A stretch of 64,000 bases of DNA from Candidatus Eremiobacteria bacterium (GCA_963758295.1 CAVWUU010000004.1:416001-480000); one strand, 5' to 3'. Numbered from the stretch's first letter, positions 34,105 to 45,244 are shown. Notes: generated from the sequence alone by a model not told the origin. A program made the numbers and translations.

Positions 34105-34758
34105 TTAATGCGCGTGCTCCGCGCCGATGGCGTGCAACAGATGATGCGCTACGGCCTCCACCGGCTGCGTAGCATCGAGCGTTTCGAGGCGTCCCGAACG
34201 ATCGTAGAAATCGACGAGCGGCATCGTTTGCGCTTCAAAAACGTCTAGACGCTTCTGAATCGTATCCGGTTTGTCGTCGTCCCGCTGAACCAGCGGTCCG
34301 CCGTCTTCGTCGTCGATGCCGGCGGCTTGCGGCGGATTGAACTTCTCGTGGTAGACGCGTCCCGAACGCGGATTAGTCCAGCGTCCCAGGAGGCGTTCTT
34401 CCAAGAGCGGGCGATCGATTTGGAAGTAGATCGCGTGCGGTAATCCGCGACCGCGCGCTTGCAGCAGCGCATCAAGCGCCTCCGCTTGCGCAACGGTGCG
34501 CGGAAAACCATCGAAGAGCACCGCAGCGTCGTCGCGCAGTTCGCCTTCGACCATCTTGATGATCAAGGCGTCGGGAACCAGTTCGCCGCGCTCCATGTAG
34601 CCTTGCGCCGCTTGGCCGAGTTCCGTTCCGCGGTTGCGATGGTCACGCAACAGGTCGCCGGTCGAGATCTGCCTGTACCCGAAGCGGGCCCGCAAAATCT
34701 GAGCCTGCGTTCCTTTGCCCGCACCGGGGCCACCGAGCAGAACGACGTCGACGGTCAT
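34105..34758 (-). CDS. adk: Adenylate kinase
   Basis: GGPGAGKGTQ, ISTGDLLR, DGFPRT, QRDDD. Confidence 0.98.
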   Translation of the reverse strand: MTVDVVLLGGPGAGKGTQAQILRARFGYRQISTGDLLRDHRNRGTELGQAAQGYMERGELVPDALIIKMVEGELRDDAAVLFDGFPRTVAQAEALDALLQARGRGLPHAIYFQIDRPLLEERLLGRWTNPRSGRVYHEKFNPPQAAGIDDEDGGPLVQRDDDKPDTIQKRLDVFEAQTMPLVDFYDRSGRLETLDATQPVEAVAHHLLHAIGAEHAH

Positions 34759-36053
34759 TAGCGCTTGATGAACCCGCGGTAGTCGCGCATCGCAAGACGC
34801 GCTTCAATTTGCGTGATCGTGTCGAGCGCGACACCGACGACGATGAGGAGCGACGTCGAACCGAGGTAAAACGTCGTCACCGAAAGTCCGCGTTGCAGTG
34901 CGCCCGGCAGAACCGCAAGCACGCCAAGGAAGAGCGCCGAGAACACCGTGAGGCGCATAAGGATCTTGTTGAGGTAGGCCACCGTCGGTTCGCCCGGACG
35001 GATGCCCGGAATGAACGCGCCGGTCTTCTTCAGGTTGTCCGCCACGTCTTTCGTGTTGATCACGATCGAGCTATAGAAGAACGTGAAGACTACTACCAAG
35101 ATGAAGTAGACCAAGTTGTACAGGATGCCGTTCGGGCTGAAATAGACGTTCAAGGCCGTCGAGATCGAGCCAACGATGCCCGTGGCGTTCCCGCCGCGGT
35201 TGAACCACGACAGCGCTTGCTGCGGCAGCAGCAGGATCGAAATCGCGAAGATGATCGAGATAACGCCTGCGTTGTTCAGACGCAGCGGAATGTACGTCGA
35301 GCGGCCGGCAAACATCTTGCGGCCCACCACGCGGCGCGCTTGTTGCACGGGTACGCGACGCTGGCCTTGGTACATGAAGATGATGCCGACGATGATGATC
35401 AACGCGAAGACGATGTACAGCACCAGGTTCAGCAACGATTCGCTGCCGCTCGATGCCGACGAATACGTCTGCGCGAGATACGTCGGGTAGCGCAAAACGA
35501 TACCGATGAAAATGATCAGCGAGACGCCGTTGCCGATGCCTTTGTCGCTGATCTGTTCGCCGAGCCACATCAGGAACAGCGTACCGGCAACCATCGCTAG
35601 AATCGCGAAGAGCATATAGCCGATGCCCTGATCGTAGAACACGCCCGCGCCGCGCATGGCGTTGGCCATGAACGTCGCCTGGAGCAATGCCAAAACGATC
35701 GTAAGCCAGCGGGTGTACTGGCTGATTTTTTTACGGCCTTCCTCGCCGCCTTTCTTCGCCAACTCTTCGAGCTGCGGCAACACGACGGTCATCAATTGCA
35801 TGATGATCGAAGCGTTAATGTAGGGCGTGATGCCCATCGCAATGATCGAGAGTTTCTGAAGAGCGCCGCCCGAGAGGAAGCCCAGCAAGTTATAGAACGC
35901 GCCGCTTTGGAGCACGTGTTGCCACGCCTGTTCGTTCACGTTCGGCAGCTGCACGTGGATCATGAACACGAACCACGCGAAGGCGAAGAAAACGAAACCG
36001 ACGCGCTTGCGGATTTCCGGCACCAACAGTGCCGCGCGCAGATTATCGAACAC
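34758..36053 (-). CDS. secY: Preprotein translocase SecY
   Basis: MGITPYINASIIMQL, GIGNGVSL, FIPGIRPG, TSLLIVVGVALD. Confidence 0.99.
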   Translation of the reverse strand: MFDNLRAALLVPEIRKRVGFVFFAFAWFVFMIHVQLPNVNEQAWQHVLQSGAFYNLLGFLSGGALQKLSIIAMGITPYINASIIMQLMTVVLPQLEELAKKGGEEGRKKISQYTRWLTIVLALLQATFMANAMRGAGVFYDQGIGYMLFAILAMVAGTLFLMWLGEQISDKGIGNGVSLIIFIGIVLRYPTYLAQTYSSASSGSESLLNLVLYIVFALIIIVGIIFMYQGQRRVPVQQARRVVGRKMFAGRSTYIPLRLNNAGVISIIFAISILLLPQQALSWFNRGGNATGIVGSISTALNVYFSPNGILYNLVYFILVVVFTFFYSSIVINTKDVADNLKKTGAFIPGIRPGEPTVAYLNKILMRLTVFSALFLGVLAVLPGALQRGLSVTTFYLGSTSLLIVVGVALDTITQIEARLAMRDYRGFIKR

Positions 36054-36056
36054 CGA

Positions 36057-36620
36057 TTATGCTTCTTCTTCGGGGATCTGTGCGCCGGCGGCCGTCAGCG
36101 CTTCACGAGCGCTGCTCGAGAAGACCACGTCGCGGAACTTTAAGCCGCTGGGCAGCGTCTTACCGGTTTTCGACCCGCCAAGGATCTTCACGCCGTCTTC
36201 CAGCGACTTCAGAATGCCGTGCTCTTTGAGCGACTGGGGCGATACTTCGATCGAACTGTCCCAGGTCGCGAGCTGATGCAGATTCACTACCGCGTAACGC
36301 GTCATGAAGTGGCCGGTGTCGCGGCCCTTCTGCGAATAACCGCGTGCGTGCGGAAGGCGCCGCGCCCACGGCGTTTGACCGCCTTCGAATGCGGGTCCCT
36401 TACCACCGCCGGAGCGTACGGTCTGACCCTTGCCGCCTTCGCCGCCGGTTTTGACCATGCCCGAACCGTGTCCGCGGCCGATGCGTTGGCGCTTCGGCCA
36501 GCTGCCCTTGGCGGGCTTGAGCGAGCCAAGGCTGAGTCCATTCGATGCAGCTGCGGCTGCCGGAGCTGCCTTCGCGCTGGACTTTGCGCTAGCAGCTTTC
36601 TTCGTCTTCGTTTCTGCCAT
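36057..36620 (-). CDS. rplO: 50S ribosomal protein L15 (Ala/Lys-rich N-terminal extension)
   Basis: RIGRGHGSG..KT, KGQ..RSG, FEGGQTP. Confidence 0.97.
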   Translation of the reverse strand: MAETKTKKAASAKSSAKAAPAAAAASNGLSLGSLKPAKGSWPKRQRIGRGHGSGMVKTGGEGGKGQTVRSGGGKGPAFEGGQTPWARRLPHARGYSQKGRDTGHFMTRYAVVNLHQLATWDSSIEVSPQSLKEHGILKSLEDGVKILGGSKTGKTLPSGLKFRDVVFSSSAREALTAAGAQIPEEEA

Positions 36621-36651
36621 TTTACTTTCTCAAATCGAGGAAATGTTTACA

Positions 36652-36774
36652 GTCTTGTCATCCCGAGTTTGTCTTGTCATCCCGAGCTTGTCTTGTCATC
36701 CTGAGCTTGTCGAAGGACCGTGCATACCAGCTTAGCTGAGATGCGCTTCTGGTTCGACAGGCACACCAATGACG
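36652..36774. repeat. REP-like cluster: three 19-bp tandem units plus an inverted copy
   Basis: (GTCTTGTCATCCYGAGYTT)x3 then GTCGAAGGA; inverted GGTTCGACAGGCACACCAATGACG at 36751-36774. Confidence 0.85.
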
Positions 36775-36778
36775 ATTT

Positions 36779-37291
36779 TTAAGCTGCGAAGATCTCTTTG
36801 ACGGTCTTGCCGCGGAGTGACGCGACTTGTTCGGCCGTCTTGAGGGAGCGCAGGCCTTCGATGGTAGCCCGCACGACGTTGATCGGATTGTTCGTTCCGA
36901 GCGACTTCGTGAGGATGTCATGGATGCCGGCGAGTTCCAGCACCGCACGCATCGAGCCGCCGGCGATAACACCGGTACCCGGTGCAGCGGGCTTCAGGAG
37001 CACGCTGGCCGAGCCGACGATCAGACGCACTTCGTGCGGAATCGTCTTATCGACCATCGGAACCGTGACGAGGTTCTTCTTCGCCTGTTCCACGGCTTTG
37101 CGGATCGCTTCGGGAACTTCGCCCGCTTTGCCGATGGCGAAGCCGACTTTGCCCTTGCGATCGCCGACGACGACGAGCGCACTGAAGCTGAAGCGCTTAC
37201 CGCCCTTGACGACCTTCGCAACGCGGTTCACGCGCACGACGGTCTCTTCGAATCCACTGTTGTCGCGTTCGCGACCACCACGATAGTTCAT
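36779..37291 (-). CDS. rpsE: 30S ribosomal protein S5
   Basis: [24 protein letters not shown]. Confidence 0.99.
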   Translation of the reverse strand: MNYRGGRERDNSGFEETVVRVNRVAKVVKGGKRFSFSALVVVGDRKGKVGFAIGKAGEVPEAIRKAVEQAKKNLVTVPMVDKTIPHEVRLIVGSASVLLKPAAPGTGVIAGGSMRAVLELAGIHDILTKSLGTNNPINVVRATIEGLRSLKTAEQVASLRGKTVKEIFAA

Positions 37292-37656
37292 TAGAAGTTC
37301 AGCCCCGCTTCACGCGCCGCATCAGCCAATGCTTGCACGCGTCCGTGATATTTGTATCCGCCGCGATCGAACACGACGTCAGTGATTCCGGCAGCCTTCG
37401 CTTTGGCGGCAATTGCCGAACCAACCGCTTTGGCTGCGTCGGTGTTGGTGTTGGACTCGAGCGAATCCGCTACCGACTTGTCGCGCGTCGAAACGGCGGC
37501 AAGCGTGTGACCCTTGCTGTCGTCGATCACGGTTGCATAGATGTGATGCAGCGTGCGACGGATCATGAGACGCGGGCAATCGCCCGTCCCGGAAAGCTTT
37601 TTGCGCAGGCGCTGATGGCGCGAGCGACGGGTATCCGCCTTGGAAACGCGCGCCAT
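37291..37656 (-). CDS. rplR: 50S ribosomal protein L18
   Basis: [26 protein letters not shown]. Confidence 0.99.
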   Translation of the reverse strand: MARVSKADTRRSRHQRLRKKLSGTGDCPRLMIRRTLHHIYATVIDDSKGHTLAAVSTRDKSVADSLESNTNTDAAKAVGSAIAAKAKAAGITDVVFDRGGYKYHGRVQALADAAREAGLNF

Positions 37657-38207
37657 TACTTCTTGCCTGCCTTTCCGGCCTTACCGAGTTTCTTCTTGAT
37701 GACTTCGCCTTCGTAACGAACGCCTTTGCCCTTATACGGCTCGGGTGCGCGCAACGAGCGAATCTTCGCAGCGACTTGACCAACTTGTTGCTTGTCGATG
37801 CCGTCTACGTGAATCTTGTTCGTGCCTTCGACGGAGAGCGTGATGCCCTGCGGCGGATCGAACACGACCGGATGCGAGTATCCCAGGGTGAGATTGAGTT
37901 TTTCGCCCGCCTTAGCGGCACGATAACCAACGCCTTGAATCTCGAGGCTCTTACGGAAGCCCTTGCTGACGCCTTCCACCATATTGGCGATGAGCGTACG
38001 CGTGAGTCCGTGCGCGGAACGCGCCGGCTTCGCATCGTTCTTACGCTCGACGACAACCTTGCCGTCTTCGAGTTTTACGTCGACGACTTGCGAAAGGATG
38101 TGCTGGCGCAGCTCGCCTTTGGGACCTTTGACGGCTACTTCACCGTCGGCGATTTGGATGTCGACGCCGTTCGGAACGGCGACCGGTAATTTACCAATAC
38201 GTGACAT
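37656..38207 (-). CDS. rplF: 50S ribosomal protein L6
   Basis: [20 protein letters not shown]. Confidence 0.99.
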   Translation of the reverse strand: MSRIGKLPVAVPNGVDIQIADGEVAVKGPKGELRQHILSQVVDVKLEDGKVVVERKNDAKPARSAHGLTRTLIANMVEGVSKGFRKSLEIQGVGYRAAKAGEKLNLTLGYSHPVVFDPPQGITLSVEGTNKIHVDGIDKQQVGQVAAKIRSLRAPEPYKGKGVRYEGEVIKKKLGKAGKAGKK

Positions 38208-38216
38208 TTACAGCAC

Positions 38217-38618
38217 CTACCAAACGTACGCCAGGACTTCGCCGCCGACGCCGAGCTTTTTCGCCCGTTTGCCCGACATGATGCCTTGCGACGTGGAAAT
38301 GATAACCAGGCCAAGACCGCCGAGCACGCGCGGGATCTCGGTCTTGCCCGTGTACACGCGCAAGCCGGGACGCGAAATGCGGCGCAGGCCGGTGATGATC
38401 TTTTCTTTCTCCGGACCGTACTTGAGACGGACGCGAAGCGTTCCTTGCGGACCTTCGTTCAGACGCTGGACATCCTCGATGAAGCCTTCATCTTTGAGGA
38501 TCAACGCGATTGCCTGTTTCACGCGCGAAGCGGGAATGTCGACCGACTTGTGGTTGGCCGTATTCGCGTTGCGGATGCGCGTTAGGAGATCTGCGACGGG
38601 ATCGGTGATTGCAGCCAT
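38217..38618 (-). CDS. rpsH: 30S ribosomal protein S8
   Basis: [22 protein letters not shown]. Confidence 0.99.
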   Translation of the reverse strand: MAAITDPVADLLTRIRNANTANHKSVDIPASRVKQAIALILKDEGFIEDVQRLNEGPQGTLRVRLKYGPEKEKIITGLRRISRPGLRVYTGKTEIPRVLGGLGLVIISTSQGIMSGKRAKKLGVGGEVLAYVW

Positions 38619-38638
38619 TTCTTACTCTCTAATCTCCG

Positions 38639-38824
38639 TTACCACGAGGCCTTGGTGACGCCCGGAACAACGCCCTTGTGCGCGTTCTCGCGGAAGCAAA
38701 TGCGGCACATGGCGAACTTGCGTAGATAGCCGCGCGGGCGTCCGCACAACTTGCAACGGTTGTGCTGGCGCACGCCGAATTTCGGCGAACGGTTCGCTTT
38801 AACGATCATGCTCGTTTTTGCCAT
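38639..38824 (-). CDS. rpsN: 30S ribosomal protein S14 type Z
   Basis: [21 protein letters not shown]; 61 aa. Confidence 0.99.
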   Translation of the reverse strand: MAKTSMIVKANRSPKFGVRQHNRCKLCGRPRGYLRKFAMCRICFRENAHKGVVPGVTKASW

Positions 38825-39378
38825 TATGCATTGCCTTTCCGAAGCGGCAGACCCATGGCGGTCAGGAACTCCGAAGCTTCTTCGTCCGACTTCGCCGTCG
38901 TAACGATGGTGATGTCCATGCCGCGCGCCTTGTCGACCTTATCGAAGTTGATCTCCGGGAAGACAAGCTGCTCGCGCAGGCCAAGATTGTAGTTGCCGCG
39001 ACCGTCGAACGACTTCGGCGGGAGGCCGCGGAAGTCGCGGATACGCGGCAGCACGACGTTGAAGAGCTTGTCCAGGAACACGTACATACGCTCGCCACGC
39101 AGGGTGACCTTGGCGCCGATGTTCATGCCTTCGCGCAGCTTGAACGCTGCGATCGACTTCTTCGCTTTGGTAATGATCGGCTTCTGACCGGTGATGGCCA
39201 CGAGCTCGCTGACCGCTGCATCGAGGGCCTTCGAGTTTGTGATCGCTTCACCGACCGACATGTTGATGACAACCTTCTCCAGCTTCGGGATCTGGTTGAC
39301 GTTGCCGTACGAGAACTTGTCCTGCAGTTGCTTGCGGACTTCGCCCGAGTACTTTTCTTTCAAACGCGTCGTCGCCAC
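38824..39378 (-). CDS. rplE: 50S ribosomal protein L5
   Basis: [22 protein letters not shown]. Confidence 0.99.
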   Translation of the reverse strand: MATTRLKEKYSGEVRKQLQDKFSYGNVNQIPKLEKVVINMSVGEAITNSKALDAAVSELVAITGQKPIITKAKKSIAAFKLREGMNIGAKVTLRGERMYVFLDKLFNVVLPRIRDFRGLPPKSFDGRGNYNLGLREQLVFPEINFDKVDKARGMDITIVTTAKSDEEASEFLTAMGLPLRKGNA

Positions 39379-39380
39379 GG

Positions 39381-39731
39381 TTATGCTCCCTTCGCCGAGT
39401 CACGCGCCGGCTCGCCGCACTTCACGCACACCCGGTGCGCAACGCCGTCGGCCGTGCGTCCGCGCTTCAGGCGCGTCGGCACTTTGCACTTTTCGCACAC
39501 GTACTGCAGCGCCGAGATCGGAAGCGGAGCTTCTTTTTCGATGATGCCGCCGGTCTGCTGCGACGACATGTTGCCGCCTTGCTGACCCTGCTTTGTGTGA
39601 CGTTTAACGATGTTCAGGCCTTCGACCGTCGCCTTGCCGGCTGCCGGGAACACGGCCTTCACCACGCCGCGCTTGCCTTTCTCGCGGCCGCGGCGAATCA
39701 TCACCGTATCGCCTTTAACGATTTGCGCCAT
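39381..39731 (-). CDS. rplX: 50S ribosomal protein L24
   Basis: KOW motif KGDTV...[20 protein letters not shown]; CxxC...CxxC tail. Confidence 0.97.
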   Translation of the reverse strand: MAQIVKGDTVMIRRGREKGKRGVVKAVFPAAGKATVEGLNIVKRHTKQGQQGGNMSSQQTGGIIEKEAPLPISALQYVCEKCKVPTRLKRGRTADGVAHRVCVKCGEPARDSAKGA

Positions 39732-39733
39732 AG

Positions 39734-40111
39734 TTAGAGAACCTCCGGGGCCAGCGAGGCGATCTTCAGGAACCCGCGGTCGCGCAGTTCGCGCATAACC
39801 GGTCCGAAGACGCGCGTGCCGCGCGGATCGAGGTTGTCCTTGTCGCCCTTGATGATGACGCATGCGTTGTCGTCGCTACGAACCACGCTGCCGTCGGCGC
39901 GACGGATCGGTGCCGAGGTGCGGACGATCACCGCTTTGACGACTTGGCCCTTTTTTACGGCCGCGCCCGGGATCGCGCTCTTCACGGTACCGACGACAAT
40001 GTCGCCGACGTGTGCGTAGTTGTGACGGCTGCCGCCGCTGATGTGGATCACCAGCAGCTCGCGAGCGCCTGAATTATCAGCGACTTTGAGTCGCGTTTCT
40101 TGTTGAATCAT
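39734..40111 (-). CDS. rplN: 50S ribosomal protein L14
   Basis: [31 protein letters not shown]. Confidence 0.99.
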   Translation of the reverse strand: MIQQETRLKVADNSGARELLVIHISGGSRHNYAHVGDIVVGTVKSAIPGAAVKKGQVVKAVIVRTSAPIRRADGSVVRSDDNACVIIKGDKDNLDPRGTRVFGPVMRELRDRGFLKIASLAPEVL

Positions 40112-40114
40112 GAC

Positions 40115-40429
40115 TTACTTCGCACGCTCCACGACTTCGACCAAGCGCCAGCGCTTGTCGCGCGAGAGCGGCCGGCATTCCATAATGCGAACGATATCGC
40201 CGATCTTGGCTTCGTTCTGCTCGTCATGGGCCTTGAAGCGCGTGGACTTACGAACGATCTTGCCGTAAACACCGTGCGGAACGCGCGTTTCCGTGACGAC
40301 GACGATCGTCTTGTCCATCTTATTCGAGGCAACGCGGCCTTGTTTTACGCGGCGCCCTTCGACACGGCCTTTGGCCTCGCTCAGGACAGGCTGCTCATGT
40401 TCGGTTGTCGTTTGGTTATGCTGCTCCAT
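40115..40429 (-). CDS. rpsQ: 30S ribosomal protein S17 with repeat-derived N-terminal segment
   Basis: [30 protein letters not shown]. Confidence 0.98.
   Translation of the reverse strand: MEQHNQTTTEHEQPVLSEAKGRVEGRRVKQGRVASNKMDKTIVVVTETRVPHGVYGKIVRKSTRFKAHDEQNEAKIGDIVRIMECRPLSRDKRWRLVEVVERAK
40355..40390 (-). repeat. REP-like copy in-frame within rpsQ
   Basis: CCTGTCCTGAGCGAGGCCAAAGGCCGTGTCGAAGGG on the coding strand encodes [12 protein letters not shown]. Confidence 0.75.
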
Positions 40430-40637
40430 GCTGCTCCTCGCCCATGCGCTTCTCCGAAATTACGGTTTGAATCTTTGCGTAAGCGCGACGCATTTCTTTG
40501 ATCTTGCTGAAATCGGTGAGGTGTCCGGTACGCAGCGCAAAGCGCAGGTTGAACAGCTCCGATTTCGTGTCTTTGGCCTTCTGCTGCAATTCTGCAACGG
40601 TCAAGCCGCGCAAGTCGTTTAGCTCAGCCTTTTTCAT
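40416..40637 (-). CDS. rpmC: 50S ribosomal protein L29
   Basis: ELFNLRF...G.L; position between rplP and rpsQ. Confidence 0.96.
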   Translation of the reverse strand: MKKAELNDLRGLTVAELQQKAKDTKSELFNLRFALRTGHLTDFSKIKEMRRAYAKIQTVISEKRMGEEQHGAA

Positions 40638-41053
40638 GCCGTGGCCTCCTCGCGAGCGACGACTTTGGTTCCGATCGGCAGTTTTGCAGCGGCCAGACGC
40701 AGCGCTTCTTTTGCAACGTCGGGAGCAACGCCGGAGAGTTCGAACAGGATGCGGCCCGGGCGCACGACGGCGACCCAGAACTCGGGATTCCCTTTACCGG
40801 CACCCATGCGGACTTCAGCAGGCTTCTTGGTGACCGGTTTGTCCGGGAATACCTTGATCCAGACTTTACCGCCGCGTTTGATGTGACGCGTCATGGCAAT
40901 ACGCGCCGCTTCGATCTGACGGTTCGTCATCCAGCACGGCTCCATGGCCTGCAGACCGAACTCGCCGAACGTCAGCGTGCTGCCGCGCAGCGCGCGCCCG
41001 GTCATGCGACCGCGCTGCACTTTGCGCCATTTAACTCGCTTAGGCGTCAACAT
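40634..41053 (-). CDS. rplP: 50S ribosomal protein L16
   Basis: [19 protein letters not shown]. Confidence 0.99.
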   Translation of the reverse strand: MLTPKRVKWRKVQRGRMTGRALRGSTLTFGEFGLQAMEPCWMTNRQIEAARIAMTRHIKRGGKVWIKVFPDKPVTKKPAEVRMGAGKGNPEFWVAVVRPGRILFELSGVAPDVAKEALRLAAAKLPIGTKVVAREEATA

Positions 41054-41055
41054 TG

Positions 41056-41931
41056 TTATTCAGCACTCCCTTCGGCCGCCGGTGTCTCCGCCGGTGCAGT
41101 GGCCGCTTCGTTTACGATAGCATCGGCATCGGGCGTCACTTCCGTGGCGCTCGGCGGTGTCTGTGCGGGGCGCGGGGCTCCGCCGCCACCAGGGCCGCGT
41201 CCACGTCCGCCACCACCGCCGCCGCGTCCACCGCGGTCGCGACGATCGCGGAAGCCGCCGCCTTGGCGGTCGTTGCGGTCGACGGTGTTGGTGTTGCGCG
41301 GTTGATCCGGCAGCACTTCACCGCGATAGATCCACACTTTCACGCCGATGCGTCCGAACGTCGTGAACGCTTCGACGTGAGCGTAATCGATGTCGGCGCG
41401 CAGCGTGTGCAACGGCACTTTGCCGTCGGCGTTACGCTCGGTGCGCGCGATTTCAGCGCCGCCGAGACGGCCCGAAACTTGCACCTTCACACCGCGAGCG
41501 CCGGCCTTCATGGTACGCATGATGGCCTGCTTCATTGCGCGGCGGAACGCGATGCGCTTCTCGAGCTGATCGACGATGTTCTGACCGACGAGACGGGCAT
41601 CCAGTTCGGGATGTTTGATCTCCATCACGTTGACCTGAACGTTCTTGCCGGTGAGCTTTTCGAGATTCTTGCGAATGTCTTCGATCCCAACGCCGCGCTT
41701 GCCAATGATGATGCCCGGCTTCGCGGTGTTTACGATGACGCGCGCTTGATTGGCACGACGCTCGATTTCGATCTTGCTGATCGCCGCCGAACGCATCCAC
41801 TTGTTAAAGAACTGGCGGATCTTTACGTCTTCGTGCAGCCAATCGATGTAATGCTTTTTCTCGAACCAGCGGCTGTCCCACGTACGCGTGATGCCCAGAC
41901 GAAGGCCGACCGGATGTATCTTCTGTCCCAT
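41056..41931 (-). CDS. rpsC: 30S ribosomal protein S3 (RGG-rich C-terminal tail)
   Basis: [35 protein letters not shown]. Confidence 0.99.
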   Translation of the reverse strand: MGQKIHPVGLRLGITRTWDSRWFEKKHYIDWLHEDVKIRQFFNKWMRSAAISKIEIERRANQARVIVNTAKPGIIIGKRGVGIEDIRKNLEKLTGKNVQVNVMEIKHPELDARLVGQNIVDQLEKRIAFRRAMKQAIMRTMKAGARGVKVQVSGRLGGAEIARTERNADGKVPLHTLRADIDYAHVEAFTTFGRIGVKVWIYRGEVLPDQPRNTNTVDRNDRQGGGFRDRRDRGGRGGGGGGRGRGPGGGGAPRPAQTPPSATEVTPDADAIVNEAATAPAETPAAEGSAE

Positions 41932-41934
41932 AAA

Positions 41935-42423
41935 TTAAGCGGTAGCCTCCGCGGTTTTAGCAGTACGCTTGGTGGTCGCAGCCTGCGGCGCGCGACGCGT
42001 CGAACGCGCAACATTGACGCTGGCTCCCGGGCGCGCTTTGCGCTTCTTCTGCGGAGGCGTTTCGCTCACGACAACCGTCACGTGCGAAAGACGCTTGCGC
42101 TTGAAGTACGCGCGGCCTTGAGCACGCGGATCCAGGCGTTTGGTGAAACGGCCACCAGGGCCGCCATCGACGGTAATGCGCGTGATGTAGAGTTCGTCGG
42201 TGTTCATGTCGTGGTTGTTGCCGGCGTTGGCGACGGCGCTGCGCACGAGCTTCTCGATCGGTTCCGACGCGTAGACGCCCGCGAACTGAAGCATCACGAG
42301 CGCTTCGCTCACGCGCTTGCCGCGAATTGCATCCGCAACGCGGCGGAGCTTGCGCGGGCCCATGCGCACGAATTTGAGATGCGCGACGGCTTGTTGCGCC
42401 GGAAGAGTTTGATTCTCAGCCAT
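41935..42423 (-). CDS. rplV: 50S ribosomal protein L22 (basic C-terminal extension)
   Basis: PRKLRRVADAIRG, SAVANA, PRAQGRA. Confidence 0.98.
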   Translation of the reverse strand: MAENQTLPAQQAVAHLKFVRMGPRKLRRVADAIRGKRVSEALVMLQFAGVYASEPIEKLVRSAVANAGNNHDMNTDELYITRITVDGGPGGRFTKRLDPRAQGRAYFKRKRLSHVTVVVSETPPQKKRKARPGASVNVARSTRRAPQAATTKRTAKTAEATA

Positions 42424-42698
42424 TACTTCACACCAGCCTTATCGCCACCGTGACCGCGGAAGTGGCGCGTGGGCGCGAACTCACCGAGCTTGTGACCGAC
42501 CATGTTTTCCGTGACGTAAACCGGAACGTGCGCCTTGCCGTTGTGCACGCCGATCGTGTGACCAACCATCGACGGAACGATCGTCGACGCGCGGCTCCAC
42601 GTCTTGATAACGCGCTTGTCGCGCGTCTCATTCATTTTCTCGACCTTCTTCAGAAGGTGGTCCGCGACGAACGGACCTTTTTTGAGACTACGACCCAT
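42423..42698 (-). CDS. rpsS: 30S ribosomal protein S19
   Basis: [26 protein letters not shown]. Confidence 0.99.
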   Translation of the reverse strand: MGRSLKKGPFVADHLLKKVEKMNETRDKRVIKTWSRASTIVPSMVGHTIGVHNGKAHVPVYVTENMVGHKLGEFAPTRHFRGHGGDKAGVK

Positions 42699-43528
42699 TA
42701 CTTGGAACCTCGCTTACGAACGATCATCTTCGACGTCTGCTTGTTGCGACGGCGCGTCTTCTTGCCCATCGTCATCTGACCCCACGGCGTCGTGGGCGGA
42801 CGGCCCGACGTCGAACGCGCTTCACCACCACCGTGCGGGTGGTCGACCGGGTTCATTGCGATACCGCGAACCGACGGACGCTTACCGAGATGGCGCGAGC
42901 GGCCGGCTTTACCGATGACTTGGTTTTCGTGCTCGACGTTGCCGAGCTGGCCGACAGTTGCGCGACAATTGATGTGAATGCGACGGACTTCGCCCGACGG
43001 CATACGCACCTGCGAGTACTCATCTTCCTTCGCCATCAGCTGCGCCGAAACGCCCGCCGAGCGCACGAGCTTGCCGCCCTGACCGACGCGCAGCTCGATG
43101 TTGTGGATGACGGTACCAACCGGAATGTTCTTGATCGGGAGGCAGTTGCCGGGTTTGATGTCGGCACCCGCGCCCGATTCCACCATGTCGCCGACCTTCA
43201 GGCCGAGCGGCGCGAGGATGTAGCGCTTCTCGCCGTCTTTATAGTGCAGCAGGGCAATGCGCGCCGAGCGGTTCGGATCGTACTCGACCGTCGCAACCTT
43301 GGCGGGGATTCCGTCTTTGGTACGCTTGAAATCGATGATGCGATACTGCTTGCGCGTGCCGCCGCCTTTGTGACGGACGGTGATGTGACCGTTGTTGTTG
43401 CGGCCCGAATGCTTCTTACGAACTTCGAGAAGCGACTTCTCCGGCTCGACTTTCGAGATGTCGGAGAAATCCATCGTCGTGATGAAACGACGGCCCGGGC
43501 TGGTCGGACGATATTTTTTAACCGGCAT
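42698..43528 (-). CDS. rplB: 50S ribosomal protein L2
   Basis: [24 protein letters not shown]. Confidence 0.99.
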   Translation of the reverse strand: MPVKKYRPTSPGRRFITTMDFSDISKVEPEKSLLEVRKKHSGRNNNGHITVRHKGGGTRKQYRIIDFKRTKDGIPAKVATVEYDPNRSARIALLHYKDGEKRYILAPLGLKVGDMVESGAGADIKPGNCLPIKNIPVGTVIHNIELRVGQGGKLVRSAGVSAQLMAKEDEYSQVRMPSGEVRRIHINCRATVGQLGNVEHENQVIGKAGRSRHLGKRPSVRGIAMNPVDHPHGGGEARSTSGRPPTTPWGQMTMGKKTRRRNKQTSKMIVRKRGSK

Positions 43529-43530
43529 GT

Positions 43531-43839
43531 TTATTGCTCGAAATAATTGACGCCGCCGAGCTCGATTTTCTGACCCGGCTTGATGGTGACAACGGCCTTC
43601 TTGAAGTCGCTCTGCTTGCCGCTCGTGCGAACGCCGCGGCGCGCAAAGTTGCGACTCTTACCGCGAACGTTAACGGTCGTAACCTTGAGCACGTTCACGC
43701 CGAAGATCTCTTCGATCGCATGACGTATTTGCGTCTTGGTGGCTTCCGGGTGCACGACGAACGTGTACTGTTGCTCGAGAGCCGAGGCCATCGACTTCTC
43801 GGTGATGCGCGGCGAGATGATTACGTCGCGAGCGTCCAT
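43531..43839 (-). CDS. rplW: 50S ribosomal protein L23
   Basis: PRITEKS, ATKTQI..AIE, KKAVV. Confidence 0.98.
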   Translation of the reverse strand: MDARDVIISPRITEKSMASALEQQYTFVVHPEATKTQIRHAIEEIFGVNVLKVTTVNVRGKSRNFARRGVRTSGKQSDFKKAVVTIKPGQKIELGGVNYFEQ

Positions 43840-44495
43840 TACTTGCTGCTCCCGTTGCCGTACGAAGCGCCGATCGTTTCGTAAGCGGCAGTCGTGAAGA
43901 TGATGCGCTGGAAGCGCAGCACGTCTTTGACGTCGAGCGCGTTCGTGTTGGTGACGTCAACCTTCGAGAGGTTGGCGGCAACGCGATGAATCGCTTCGGC
44001 GCTTGCTTCGTTGTGGCCGAGGACGACGAGCGTCGACGGACCCTTCTTCGCATCTTTCGCGCTGCCGAAAATCAGCTTAGCGAAATCTGCGGTCTTCGTG
44101 ATCGAGAAATTGCCGGCGTCGAGCACGCTAACCGCGCCCGAGCGGAACCGGTCGGACAGCGCAGCGATGAACGCGAGCTTGCGCTCTTTCTTGTTCAGAT
44201 CGCTGACGTACGAGCGCGGCTGCGGACCCCAAACGACGCCGCCATGGCGCCACTGCGGCGAACGGATCGAACCCTGACGGGCACGGCCGGTTCCCTTTTG
44301 CTTCCACGGCTTGCGACCACCGCCGGCGACTTCGTCGCGCTTCTTCGTCGACGCAGTGCCCGCACGCGGGTTCGCGAGTTCACGGTAGACGGCACGGAAA
44401 ATCGTGTGCGCCTTCGTGCTGTAATCTTTATCGAAGATCTCCGGCGTTTGCACGTCGCGGACGACCTTGCCATTCGTATCGATAACGCTCGGCAT
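43839..44495 (-). CDS. rplD: 50S ribosomal protein L4
   Basis: KPWKQKGTGRARQGS.RSP. Confidence 0.99.
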   Translation of the reverse strand: MPSVIDTNGKVVRDVQTPEIFDKDYSTKAHTIFRAVYRELANPRAGTASTKKRDEVAGGGRKPWKQKGTGRARQGSIRSPQWRHGGVVWGPQPRSYVSDLNKKERKLAFIAALSDRFRSGAVSVLDAGNFSITKTADFAKLIFGSAKDAKKGPSTLVVLGHNEASAEAIHRVAANLSKVDVTNTNALDVKDVLRFQRIIFTTAAYETIGASYGNGSSK

Positions 44496-44498
44496 CGT

Positions 44499-45137
44499 TT
44501 AGGCCTCCACTGCCTTCTTGGCCTTGACGCTCGAGCGCACAACGACCAGGGCATTCTTCGGACCCGGAACCGGACCGCGAACGAGCAGCAGATTGCGCTC
44601 GGCGTCCGCACGGATCACTTCAAGATTCTGATGCGTCGCGCGATCGACACCGTAGTGTCCAGGACGACGGCTGCCTTTGACCGTGCGTCCGGCGTTCGTG
44701 TCGCCGTTGGACGCCGGTTGGCGATGGATCATCGAGCCGTGGCTCGCGCCGCCGCCCGAGAAATTGTGACGTTTGATGCCGCCGGCGAAGCCGTGGCCTT
44801 TGGTGATGCCGACGATGTCGACGCGATCGCCCGGTTGGAAACCGGCGACCGTTACCGTTTGACCGGCTTCAACGCCGTCAATGCCGTCGCGGAACTCGCG
44901 CACGAAGCGGGTCGCTCCGACGCCGAGCTTTTTGAAATGTCCGGCAAGGGCACGCGTTACGTGGTTCTTCTTGACCGCGCCGAAACCGAGAGCCACGGAA
45001 TCATATCCGTGCTTCTCTTTCGTGCGGCGTTCCACGACCGTACAGGGACCGGCTTCGATCACCGTGACCGGTACGTACCGGCCATCCTCGGTGAACACGC
45101 TCGTCATCCCAACCTTGCGGCCAAGGATATTCTTCAT
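44499..45137 (-). CDS. rplC: 50S ribosomal protein L3
   Basis: GRKVGMT, KGHGFAG.IKRH, VRGPVPG. Confidence 0.99.
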   Translation of the reverse strand: MKNILGRKVGMTSVFTEDGRYVPVTVIEAGPCTVVERRTKEKHGYDSVALGFGAVKKNHVTRALAGHFKKLGVGATRFVREFRDGIDGVEAGQTVTVAGFQPGDRVDIVGITKGHGFAGGIKRHNFSGGGASHGSMIHRQPASNGDTNAGRTVKGSRRPGHYGVDRATHQNLEVIRADAERNLLLVRGPVPGPKNALVVVRSSVKAKKAVEA

Positions 45138-45244
45138 TTAGATCCTCGTCCTAGAGTTGCGCGGTACACGGGCCCTAGCGTACTGCTTAATTTTTTTGCC
45201 GGCACGCGGAAAGACCCGCGGACCAGCTGGACCACAACCTGGGC

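Noticed and set aside
36652..36718. Possible CRISPR array
   Set aside because: 19-bp units are directly adjacent with no spacers, and no cas genes are present.
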